Below, in pieces: positions 1-7,029 of a stretch of DNA of 20,185 nt. Numbering within the stretch: position 1 is the stretch's first letter; each line of letters opens with the position of its first letter. Origin of the DNA: Thermoplasmata archaeon (GTDB lineage: Archaea > Thermoplasmatota > Thermoplasmata > GCA-020350865); assembly GCA_020348445.1 (NCBI GenBank), contig CP070751.1, forward strand, positions 1,124,934 to 1,145,118, given 5' to 3'. Position numbers and translations under genes: made by a program. The notes under the pieces are model-generated. The model worked only from the letters and a program-made list of their open reading frames with translations, did not search any database and had not been told where the DNA came from.

Positions 1-118
1 CTCTGGTTGTCCAGCTTGTGTAGCGACTATTTACTTTTTCTTTATTATAGTTAATTCTTTCTTGGATGCTTTCATGCAATGCGCACTCAATTTCATAATC
101 TTCTAAACTGTCAGTCAT
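1..118 (-). CDS. Hypothetical protein, partial (runs off the left edge): MTDSLEDYEIECALHESIQERINYNKEKVNSRYTSWTTR...
   Basis: Translated by hand, not in the ORF track. ATG at 118, purine-rich upstream sequence (GGAGAAGAAGGAA), overlaps the stop of the upstream HTH gene, open to position 1. Confidence 0.65.
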   Translation of the reverse strand, partial: MTDSLEDYEIECALHESIQERINYNKEKVNSRYTSWTTR

Positions 119-314
119 TTCCTTCTTCTCCTGTTTTAATGTAGTGAGACATAAACCACTCATCTGTCTCTTTAGTTGGATAGAGAATTTTGGCACCCAT
201 CGTAATCCATGGTGGTCCGCTATCTTCCTCTAACCTTCTTCTCTGGAACCATGTTCGAGACAGGCTATACCTGTCTGACGCTTCTTTTTCCGTTAGTAAT
301 AATTTATCTGTCAT
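111..314 (-). CDS. Small helix-turn-helix DNA-binding protein (AlpA/excisionase/HTH_17-like)
   Basis: LLTEKEASDRYSLSRTWFQRRR...GPPWITMGAKILYPTKETDEW matches the typical pattern L-T-x-x-E-A-A...GP-x-F-x-K-x-G-x-x-V-x-Y...W. GAGGT RBS upstream on the minus strand. Confidence 0.8.
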   Translation of the reverse strand: MTDKLLLTEKEASDRYSLSRTWFQRRRLEEDSGPPWITMGAKILYPTKETDEWFMSHYIKTGEEGND

Positions 315-345
315 TTCAACCTCAAGTATGCTGTTATATACAGAT

Positions 346-402
346 AGCTTGCGCTACCATGCGCCAGCCTGCTTGAGCCTGCTCTAGCCTGCTCTAGCCT
401 GC
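346..402. repeat. Tandem 10-bp-period repeat (core AGCCTGC)
   Basis: Exact AGCCTGC at 366, 376, 386 and 396. Degenerate in-phase copies AGCTTGC (346) and ACCATGC (356). Confidence 0.9.
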
Positions 403-420
403 GCAAGACGACAATATACA

Positions 421-449
421 TTGATTTCAGTTGTCGTTCAAGATATACT
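421..449 (+). promoter_or_regulatory. Sigma70-type promoter for the rightward operon
   Basis: TTGATT (421-426), 17 bp, TATACT (444-449). AAGGAG RBS at 465-470 and ATG at 477 follow. Confidence 0.65.
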
Positions 450-476
450 GAGCTTAATTTGATTAAGGAGTGAACG

Positions 477-584
477 ATGAGTTTAATAATTCTAGCTTTG
501 ATAATTATAGTAGCTTTTGCAAGTGGAGTTTTAGTTGCTAAGTATTTTGGCAAGTATATTTTTGGTGAATGGGATAAAAAATGA
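477..584 (+). CDS. 35-aa single-pass membrane microprotein (MSLIILALIIIVAFASGVLVAKYFGKYIFGEWDKK)
   Basis: Translated by hand. Strong AAGGAG RBS, about 21 hydrophobic residues, stop overlaps the next ATG (ATGA). Confidence 0.75.
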   Translation: MSLIILALIIIVAFASGVLVAKYFGKYIFGEWDKK

Positions 585-772
585 TGAAGTGTGAGAAATG
601 CAAAGGAACTGGAAACATAATGATGATGGGATGGCAAAAGAAGCGTTGTCCTAAATGTCATGGAGTTGGTGTTGTTACTGTGATGAAGCAGAAAACAAAT
701 GACGACATGGAAGTTAATGAAACTACTGTTGTTGTTAAAAAGAAGCGTGGAAGGCCTAAGAAGGAAGGTTAA
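581..772 (+). CDS. Small protein with a DnaJ-type zinc finger (2x CxxCxGxG) and a C-terminal AT-hook
   Basis: CEKCKGTG and CPKCHGVG motifs; KKKRGRPKK AT-hook; translationally coupled on both sides. Confidence 0.75.
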   Translation: MMKCEKCKGTGNIMMMGWQKKRCPKCHGVGVVTVMKQKTNDDMEVNETTVVVKKKRGRPKKEG

Positions 773-957
773 TGTACCAGCATGCATTGAAGACATTTCT
801 TATTTGTGAAGATTGTCATGAATATCATGCTTATGATGACAATCCGTTTCATTTTTTGAGAATAACTGATGATGCTAGAAAGTTCATTAAAGAGCATAAG
901 GAATGTTCATATCAAGCAGTTGTTACCGGCAATGAATTTGCTGATAAATACGAATGA
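772..957 (+). CDS. Hypothetical protein, possible Zn-binding (CEDC...H..C)
   Basis: ORF track; TAATG overlap with the upstream gene; AAGGAAGG RBS. Confidence 0.7.
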   Translation: MYQHALKTFLICEDCHEYHAYDDNPFHFLRITDDARKFIKEHKECSYQAVVTGNEFADKYE

Positions 958-983
958 AAGAATTACAAAGGTACGATTGAGTT

Positions 984-1487
984 GTGATTGAACCAAAAGA
1001 ATTAATGCTAGCCCAAGAAGAGCTTAGTGAGAAGGAACAACTGTTTGCTATTGCATTAGCTCAGTCTGAGGGAGATGTTGCATATTCTGCAACAGCAGCA
1101 AATATAGACAATGAGATAGAAGCTAAAGAGATATTAAACAAAGCTTCATTTCAAAAAGCAGTAGCTGCGTTAAGTAAGACTGAGATGCAGAACACTTACT
1201 ACACGCGCCTAGTCAACTTCAACTTCAAGGCAGCAAAGCTGTACGAAATGATTGAGCTTGTAAGTACTGACCCACAGAAGGCTAAGGAGCTTCGATACAC
1301 GCCAACGCATATGCTTAAGGCCATTGAGCTTCTTAACTCTATGCAAGGTCATAACGCTCCCGAGCAAAAGGTGATGATGAACTACAATGCTGGTGATGCT
1401 ATGCAGCCTATGAAGAATGTGACACCAAGTTCTGAAGAAGAAAGCCAGACAAAGGCTTTAATTATTGAATATGAAAAGGAGTATTAA
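984..1487 (+). CDS. terS: Terminase small subunit (putative)
   Basis: N-terminal LSEKEQLFAIALAQSEGDVAYSATAA resembles the terS HTH pattern (LTxKQxxFxxxY..xNAxxAA). Central helical region KAIELLNSMQG. Upstream of terL. GTG start at 984; ATG at 1005 is an alternative. Confidence 0.7.
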   Translation: MIEPKELMLAQEELSEKEQLFAIALAQSEGDVAYSATAANIDNEIEAKEILNKASFQKAVAALSKTEMQNTYYTRLVNFNFKAAKLYEMIELVSTDPQKAKELRYTPTHMLKAIELLNSMQGHNAPEQKVMMNYNAGDAMQPMKNVTPSSEEESQTKALIIEYEKEY

Positions 1488-1610
1488 ATGATAATTGATA
1501 ATTTGATTACCTTGGTGTTCTGTGTAACTAATCTTGGCGGTATGATTGCGCTAATGGTGATTGCGCGGGAGATGAGAAAACAAAACGCAGAGCCAAAGAG
1601 GAAAAAATAA
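1488..1610 (+). CDS. 40-aa membrane microprotein (MIIDNLITLVFCVTNLGGMIALMVIAREMRKQNAEPKRKK)
   Basis: Translated by hand. AAGGAG RBS at 1476-1481, hydrophobic N-terminus with basic tail, TAATG overlap with the next ORF. Confidence 0.7.
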   Translation: MIIDNLITLVFCVTNLGGMIALMVIAREMRKQNAEPKRKK

Positions 1611-1801
1611 TGTTTACTCCATGGTACAGCAATTGTAAAAAAGAAGAAGAAAAGCTTCGTGGTGATGTTCTTCTAATGAGGGCTGCATTTCGTTGCAGGC
1701 ATTTACCAAGATTATTTAAGCCTAAAGAAAAAGAGATGAAGCCAATGGACCCAAACAATATCGGCAAGGAACTGGTTAAAAACAAGGGGCTTTTAAGATG
1801 A
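1610..1801 (+). CDS. Hypothetical basic protein
   Basis: ORF track; overlaps neighbours by TAATG and ATGA; GAGG RBS. Confidence 0.6.
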   Translation: MFTPWYSNCKKEEEKLRGDVLLMRAAFRCRHLPRLFKPKEKEMKPMDPNNIGKELVKNKGLLR

Positions 1802-2109
1802 GCGGTGGAAGTTTTAATTATTTGTGCTGGAAAGGAATGGATGGTTATCAAGATCATTCGTTGAAAGACTTCATAAACTTGATTGTTTACTGTATGAAGC
1901 ATGAAGTTGATGAGGTCAAAGGTGTTGGCTATAGTTTGCTCCAGGACTTCTACGTAACAGTGGAAGAAGAGGCTAAAAAGAAAGAGCCAATGATAGATTT
2001 TTGGCGGACAGTACAACCTTCATTGAAAGCCATAGAGTGGGAAGCTTCTGGAGATTGTGGAGCTGAAGAAGTATTAGCAGTGTACGATAATATTTACGGA
2101 GAGCAATGA
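1798..2109 (+). CDS. Hypothetical phage protein (MSGGSFNYL...AIEWEASGD)
   Basis: ORF track; ATGA coupling. The terminal motifs resemble a phage hypothetical family as I recall it; no function known to me. Confidence 0.75.
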   Translation: MSGGSFNYLCWKGMDGYQDHSLKDFINLIVYCMKHEVDEVKGVGYSLLQDFYVTVEEEAKKKEPMIDFWRTVQPSLKAIEWEASGDCGAEEVLAVYDNIYGEQ

Positions 2110-2142
2110 TGGCTAATAAGTTTGTTGAGTTTAAGGGGGGAG

Positions 2143-2454
2143 ATGATGAAGCGAAAAAGTCGCTGGATTAATAAAGAAAGAGATATCGATATCTTTTTAA
2201 GCGCGTGTAACTCGGTTGATATTAAATTATTGGCAATTAAATATGGAATGACTGTTTCCAATGTTAGATCAAAGATTAGTCGAATGTCTTATAATGTTCT
2301 TAGGAGGGTCGATGATTTTGAATCTGAATTGCCAGATGGGCTGGTAAATGATTTGGAAAAATGTAGATCTGGTGGTTTTTCGTTTTACAAACTTGTGGCT
2401 AAGTATAAAGAATTTTTTGAGACTAAATTTGTACGTGAATTTGTAGATGAATAA
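2143..2454 (+). CDS. Putative HTH DNA-binding protein (103 aa)
   Basis: Start moved to ATG 2143/2146 behind the AAGGGGGG RBS. IKLLAIKYGMTVSNVRSKISR is HTH-like. Confidence 0.6.
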   Translation: MMKRKSRWINKERDIDIFLSACNSVDIKLLAIKYGMTVSNVRSKISRMSYNVLRRVDDFESELPDGLVNDLEKCRSGGFSFYKLVAKYKEFFETKFVREFVDE

Positions 2455-2642
2455 AGAAGAGCAGCGCGCACACAAATGTCATTGTGGGAAAACTTATGAA
2501 GCCCCAGTGGTTTTAGGTCTTGAAGTTCCTTGGCATGTTATTATTGGAATTTGCGAGGAATGCTATAAAAATCCTACAGAAGAGTCTCTAAAGCATTACG
2601 ATGATAAATTTGGGTGGTTGTTTGATGAATAAAGAAGAGCAG
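2446..2642 (+). repeat. Exact 19-bp direct repeat GATGAATAAAGAAGAGCAG at 2446-2464 and 2624-2642
   Basis: Read directly from the sequence; spacing 178 bp. Confidence 0.95.
2447..2632 (+). CDS. Hypothetical Cys-cluster protein (CHC...CEEC) beginning MNKEEQ like TerL
   Basis: ORF track; 8-bp overlaps at both ends; bracketed by 19-bp direct repeats. Confidence 0.7.
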   Translation: MNKEEQRAHKCHCGKTYEAPVVLGLEVPWHVIIGICEECYKNPTEESLKHYDDKFGWLFDE

Positions 2643-4181
2643 AAAGCTAGACTTCAAGGATCTCTCCTCCTATTCACGCAAGTATTTTATAAACTGCGCA
2701 CAGGACAAGAGTTTCGTATATCTAAGCCTATGTCACGTGAGCCACATGTAATCACTATCTGTAAAGCGCTGACTAAGACTCGGCGTGGTGAAACCAATAG
2801 ATTATTAATTAACATCCCTCCTCGTTACTCTAAGACTGAATTATGTATCCACTATATCGCCTGGTGTTTGGCTAAATATCCTAATGCGAATTTCCTCTAT
2901 GTTTCCTATTCGCATACATTGGCCAAGCGCCAGACCAATATCGTTCGTCAGATTATTAACATGCCAGAATTTAAGGAGCTCTTTGATGCAAGAATTGACC
3001 CAAGTACTAGCGCAAAAGATAACTTTGACACTATTCAAGGTGGGTCAGTTTATGCAGCTGGCGCTGGAGGAACGATTACTGGGCGTGGAGCTGGTATCAG
3101 GAATATTGAAGAGTTTGGTGGCGCTATTGTCCTTGATGATATGCACAAACCAAATGAAGTTACATCAGACGTCATGCGAGACACAATAGGTGACTGGTAT
3201 CTAAACACGCTAATATCTCGTCTTAATAATCCTAAGCGAACGCCGATTGTTTTCATCTGCCAAAGACTGCACGAGGACGATCTAGCAGCTAGATTGTTAT
3301 TAGGCATGGATGGTCATGACTGGGATAGAGTTGTTCTTAAGGCTCTTGGTGACAATGGACAGTCTCTGGACCCTGATATGCACAGCCTTGAGCAGCTCAA
3401 GCAAATGCAAGCGACAATGCCGTATGAGTTCTCTGCGCAATATCAGCAAAATCCTCAGCCAGCTGGTGGTGGTGTGTTTAAGCCTGAATGGTTCCAGCTA
3501 TACGACCAAGACCCAGAGATATTCGCTACATTTATTACAGCTGATACAGCTGAGACTGCCAAGACATACAACGACGCAACAGTGTTTAGCTTTTGGGGTG
3601 TTTATAAGATTAAAATGGATGGGATAGAGACAAACATACTTGGCCTTCATTGGCTGGATTGCCATGAGTGTCGTGTAGAGCCTAAGGATTTAAAAGATGA
3701 GTTTATGAGCTTCTACAGGCGCTGCATGGGATATCCTGTCAAGCCACAGTTTGCTGCTATTGAGAAGAAATCGACTGGTACAACGCTTGTATCGACGCTT
3801 AAAGACATGCCTGGATTATCTATACAGGAGCTAAGTCGAGGTAAGGATGCTATAACGGGTGGTGTGCTTAGCAAAACAGATCGCTTTCTAAGGGCTCAGC
3901 CATTTATAGCCAGAAAGCAGGTCAGCTTTAACGCATTTGCACCACATGTTGATGACTGTATAGATCATATGCGCAAAATAACCATGAATGACACTCACAG
4001 ACACGATGATATTGCTGATACCTGTGCTGATGCTATCCAGCTGGCATTAATTGACAAAGTTGTGAGCATGGGCTATGCTTCTGAAAGTGAACCTGCTACA
4101 GACGTTGTTAAGAAGTTAACTTCTGCCAACGCTCGTCGCCGAAATATTAGGGCGAAAAGCAGGTATGGCAGTCGATACTAA
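2625..4181 (+). CDS. terL: Terminase large subunit (518 aa from ATG 2625)
   Basis: Walker A-like NIPPRYSKT, Walker B IVLDDMHK, coupling motif ICQRLHEDDL, RNase H-like nuclease ITADTA and HDDIADTCADA. GGGTGG RBS before 2625. Confidence 0.96.
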   Translation: MNKEEQKARLQGSLLLFTQVFYKLRTGQEFRISKPMSREPHVITICKALTKTRRGETNRLLINIPPRYSKTELCIHYIAWCLAKYPNANFLYVSYSHTLAKRQTNIVRQIINMPEFKELFDARIDPSTSAKDNFDTIQGGSVYAAGAGGTITGRGAGIRNIEEFGGAIVLDDMHKPNEVTSDVMRDTIGDWYLNTLISRLNNPKRTPIVFICQRLHEDDLAARLLLGMDGHDWDRVVLKALGDNGQSLDPDMHSLEQLKQMQATMPYEFSAQYQQNPQPAGGGVFKPEWFQLYDQDPEIFATFITADTAETAKTYNDATVFSFWGVYKIKMDGIETNILGLHWLDCHECRVEPKDLKDEFMSFYRRCMGYPVKPQFAAIEKKSTGTTLVSTLKDMPGLSIQELSRGKDAITGGVLSKTDRFLRAQPFIARKQVSFNAFAPHVDDCIDHMRKITMNDTHRHDDIADTCADAIQLALIDKVVSMGYASESEPATDVVKKLTSANARRRNIRAKSRYGSRY

Positions 4182-6279
4182 AGATGTAGCACAAAACTTT
4201 GCTAATATAAAAAGCAATATTGAAGAAGCGTATCAAACGTTTCAGTCTAATCGTAAGCGCTACAACGAATTCATGAAATTTGTCTTTCAAACCTCTCTGT
4301 CAGGTGAAGATCGTGATATTTTGGCTATTACTGATAAACCTGATATCGAATTTAATATTTTAGAACCCTATGTTGCGAGACAATTAGGCGAATTTGCTAA
4401 GCAAGAGCCTGGTTTTTCCGTGCATGCCCTCGATAATCAGGTCGATCCTCAAACCGTCGACGTGGTTGAGGGCATTATGCGGTCTATTCTGCGTGATGCT
4501 GACAAGAACTCATTCTCCTACAATGTTTACAAAGAAGTGCTTGGTGGTGGTTACTCAGTGATGAAGGTGCTGACTGACTACGAGCATGAAGACAGCTTTA
4601 ATCAAAATATTAAGCTGACCAAAGTCTACGATCCCACGCTAACTGGGTTTGACCCATTGGCTCGTGAGCCTCACAAGGGTGATGGTGGTTATTGCTTTGA
4701 GCTTTATCCAAAGACCATTGAAGATTTCAAAAAAGAATACCCAGACGAGAATGTCGACAACTTAAAATACGATAATAATCTACAAGGATTTCAGTGGAAA
4801 TATCGTAACATGAAGACAGATATTGTCTTGATGGCAGAATATTATTGTAAGAAGAAAAAGCGCACAAGACTTCACCTGTTGACTGACGGCTCTACAATGT
4901 CAGACAAGAAATACAAAGAAATGATTAATGGCTGGAGTTCAATCGAACAACCGCCTCAAGTTGTTAAGTCTCGATGGACTGAGAAAACAGTTATTTGCCG
5001 ATACGTAGTTATCCAAGATCGTGTTTTAGAATATTCAGAAACTAATTATCTGCATTTGCCATTGATATTTGTTGATGGTAACTCAGCTCTAGTGACTCAA
5101 AACAAGGCATCTAATGATTGCGAACAAGTTACGCGTCCATTTGTTTATAATGCGATGGGCGCACAGAGGTTAAAGAACTTTGCAGGTCAATCTCTAGGTA
5201 ATGAGCTAGAGAATATCATGCAGAATAAATACATAGTGGATAAGGAAGCTATTCCTGAAGATGCAGTAGAGGATTGGACCAATCCGCAGAAAGCCTCTAC
5301 GCTTGTTTATTCATCACGTGATAAAGATGGCAATCAGTTACCGGCACCAATCCCCGTGCAGCGTGGAGATATTCCAGGCATTATATCTCAGACCTTCATG
5401 GGGGTTGACCAAAACGTTCAGGCTCAGCTTGGTGCTTTTAATCAACAATTGAGCAATCAAAAGCAGGTATCAGGAGTTGCTATACAAGAAGCTATGTCAG
5501 CAAATAATGCTGTGTCAGCTCCATACAATAAAGGCTATTTGATGGCGCTTACTCAAGCAGCTCAAATGATTCTAGAAATGATACCCATGTATTATGCGAC
5601 ACCTCGCACAGTTCCTGTGGTGGACCGGAAAGGAAAGCGTTCATACCTACAAATAAACCAAACGTTACCAAATGGAATGCCTCAACCTGGTTCGCCGCAG
5701 CTTAAATACGACCCTAATATTCTAGAGGTTGATGTGTCTGCAGGGTTTAACTATGAGACTCAGAAAAACAGGGCTCTAGGTCAAATGGTTGAGTTGATGA
5801 ATGCCTCTCAGGGTTTCAGAGCCATGATCGAGCAAGAAGGCTTGCCTATGTTGGTTGGCAATCTGGACATTAAGGGTGTTGAGCAGTTGACTCAAATGGC
5901 AGAGCAATTTACTCAGCAGCAAAAGCAAATGCAGGCTATGCAGGCGCAGCAAGGGCAGCAAAGTAACCCGGCTGTATTGGCGGCACAAGCTAAGCAATCA
6001 GAGCTACAATTACAATCACAAAAGATGCAAGCGGACATACAGCTTGATCAAGCTAATTTGCAGCTTAAGCAACAACAAATGCAGAATGATCATACAATCC
6101 AATTATTGAAGATTCAGGCGCAACAAGAGGCGGGTCAGGTTCAATTAGCCAAGGCGCACGCAGAAAACTTAAGAAGCACCGCCGACATGCATTTGAAAGC
6201 AAACGATCAAGCTCATAGACATGGGCAAGATATTTTAAATAACGTTAAAGAGGTGAAAACCAATGATGAAGATGAGTAA
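4165..6279 (+). CDS. Portal protein, P22-like, with a Gln-rich C-terminal coiled-coil barrel
   Basis: 704 aa directly after terL. FNILEPYVARQLGE and SGVAIQ motifs typical of P22-type portals; long Q/A/L heptad-like C-terminus. Confidence 0.9.
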   Translation: MAVDTKDVAQNFANIKSNIEEAYQTFQSNRKRYNEFMKFVFQTSLSGEDRDILAITDKPDIEFNILEPYVARQLGEFAKQEPGFSVHALDNQVDPQTVDVVEGIMRSILRDADKNSFSYNVYKEVLGGGYSVMKVLTDYEHEDSFNQNIKLTKVYDPTLTGFDPLAREPHKGDGGYCFELYPKTIEDFKKEYPDENVDNLKYDNNLQGFQWKYRNMKTDIVLMAEYYCKKKKRTRLHLLTDGSTMSDKKYKEMINGWSSIEQPPQVVKSRWTEKTVICRYVVIQDRVLEYSETNYLHLPLIFVDGNSALVTQNKASNDCEQVTRPFVYNAMGAQRLKNFAGQSLGNELENIMQNKYIVDKEAIPEDAVEDWTNPQKASTLVYSSRDKDGNQLPAPIPVQRGDIPGIISQTFMGVDQNVQAQLGAFNQQLSNQKQVSGVAIQEAMSANNAVSAPYNKGYLMALTQAAQMILEMIPMYYATPRTVPVVDRKGKRSYLQINQTLPNGMPQPGSPQLKYDPNILEVDVSAGFNYETQKNRALGQMVELMNASQGFRAMIEQEGLPMLVGNLDIKGVEQLTQMAEQFTQQQKQMQAMQAQQGQQSNPAVLAAQAKQSELQLQSQKMQADIQLDQANLQLKQQQMQNDHTIQLLKIQAQQEAGQVQLAKAHAENLRSTADMHLKANDQAHRHGQDILNNVKEVKTNDEDE

Positions 6280-6585
6280 AACTGGTAAAGACCATATGAA
6301 GCAAGCACACAGTAAAAATACTAAAAGTGTTGGTGGCACTGGCATGAAAGGTGGTCGCAAAGACGCTGGTAAATCTGTTAAAAAAAAAGCAATGAAAACT
6401 GGATACAAGGCGCGATAAAAAAGCCTGGTGCACTTAGAGCTGCTGCAAAGCGAAAAGGTCTTGTTAAAGGCGATGAAAAGCTTAGCGCAAAAGATCTTTC
6501 TAAGCTTGGCGGCAAAGGTGCATCTCCACTGATGAAAAGACGCGTAGCTTTGGCTAAAACGCTGAGCAAAATGCGCAAGAAATAG
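6263..6585 (+). CDS. Lys-rich basic protein split over two frames (6263-6418, and a startless frame 6382-6585); about 107 aa if fused by a -1 shift
   Basis: ORF A (51 aa) has RBS AAGAGGTG. Frame B reads NWIQGAIKKPGALRAAAKRKG...RVALAKTLSKMRKK but has TAA at 6379-6381 and no ATG/GTG/TTG before this motif. A9 run at 6380-6388. Confidence 0.65.
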
Positions 6586-6651
6586 CATACTTGCATAATA
6601 TCCTTTCTTTTAGCATAGTATATTGTTACTAACTAAAGAGAGGATATTTTT

Positions 6652-6945
6652 ATGCCTGCAATAACACCCATATTAGACCGCGTAGCATTACGCAAACTTC
6701 CTGAAGAGCGATTAGATGGCGATTTAATCGAAGTGGTCGAGAACTACAAAGATAACCCAATAATCAAAGCTGAGGTCATAGCTATTGGCCCTGGGCGACC
6801 TGATAGCGCAGGTAACCTAAAGCCAATGGGTGTGAAAGTAGGCGATCATGTACTGGTGCACAAACATGGATCTATCAACATTGCCCATAATGATGGCGAA
6901 ATAAACTTTGTTGCTGAGCCTGATATCCTTGCTGTTTTAGACTAA
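6652..6945 (+). CDS. groES: Phage-encoded co-chaperonin GroES (Cpn10)
   Basis: PILDRV...AEVIAIGPGR...PMGVKVGDHVL...EPDILAVL aligns by eye with GroES PLHDRV...GEVLAVGNGR...PLDVKVGDIVI...ESDILAIV. GAGAGG RBS. Confidence 0.93.
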   Translation: MPAITPILDRVALRKLPEERLDGDLIEVVENYKDNPIIKAEVIAIGPGRPDSAGNLKPMGVKVGDHVLVHKHGSINIAHNDGEINFVAEPDILAVLD

Positions 6946-6998
6946 TTTACCTTATAATGGTGATCTTCAAGATTGATCACTACACTTTCTGAAGACTT

Positions 6999-7027
6999 AA
7001 AGCCTAGGGTTTTCCCTGGGCTTTTTT
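6999..7027 (+). terminator. Rho-independent terminator after groES
   Basis: Stem AGCCTAGGG (7001-7009), loop TTTT, CCCTGGGCT (7014-7022), T-tract to 7027. Confidence 0.8.
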
Positions 7028-7029
7028 AT

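Noticed and set aside
346-402. CRISPR array
   Set aside because: Period is only 10 bp, with no unique spacers and no cas genes.
311-796. 161-aa minus-strand ORF
   Set aside because: Antisense shadow of three plus-strand genes with good RBSs; crosses the repeat and promoter region; low-complexity composition.
1528-2016. 162-aa minus-strand ORF, and the other antisense or off-frame ORFs in the track (e.g. 2841-3038, 3050-3307, 6235-6588, 11833-12156, 15031-15381, 18614-18922)
   Set aside because: They overlap well-supported, coupled plus-strand genes and have no recognisable motifs.
2106-2171. 21-aa ORF MMANKFVEFKGGDDEAKKSLD
   Set aside because: Too short to support; overlaps the RBS and start of the next gene. 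Coupling by ATGA is its only evidence.
2601-2624. Longer ORF-track starts for terL (2601), coat (8152), 11515 and 2122
   Set aside because: Downstream ATGs (2625, 8185, 11566, 2143) have better RBS or coupling.
6591-6624. Dedicated sigma70 or sigma32 promoter for groES
   Set aside because: TTGCAT is present, but candidate -10 elements have wrong spacing or poor match.
6958-6982. CIRCE-like element (inverted repeat with 9-nt spacer near groES)
   Set aside because: Arms (GTGATC/GATCAC) do not match TTAGCACTC/GAGTGCTAA, and it lies downstream of groES.
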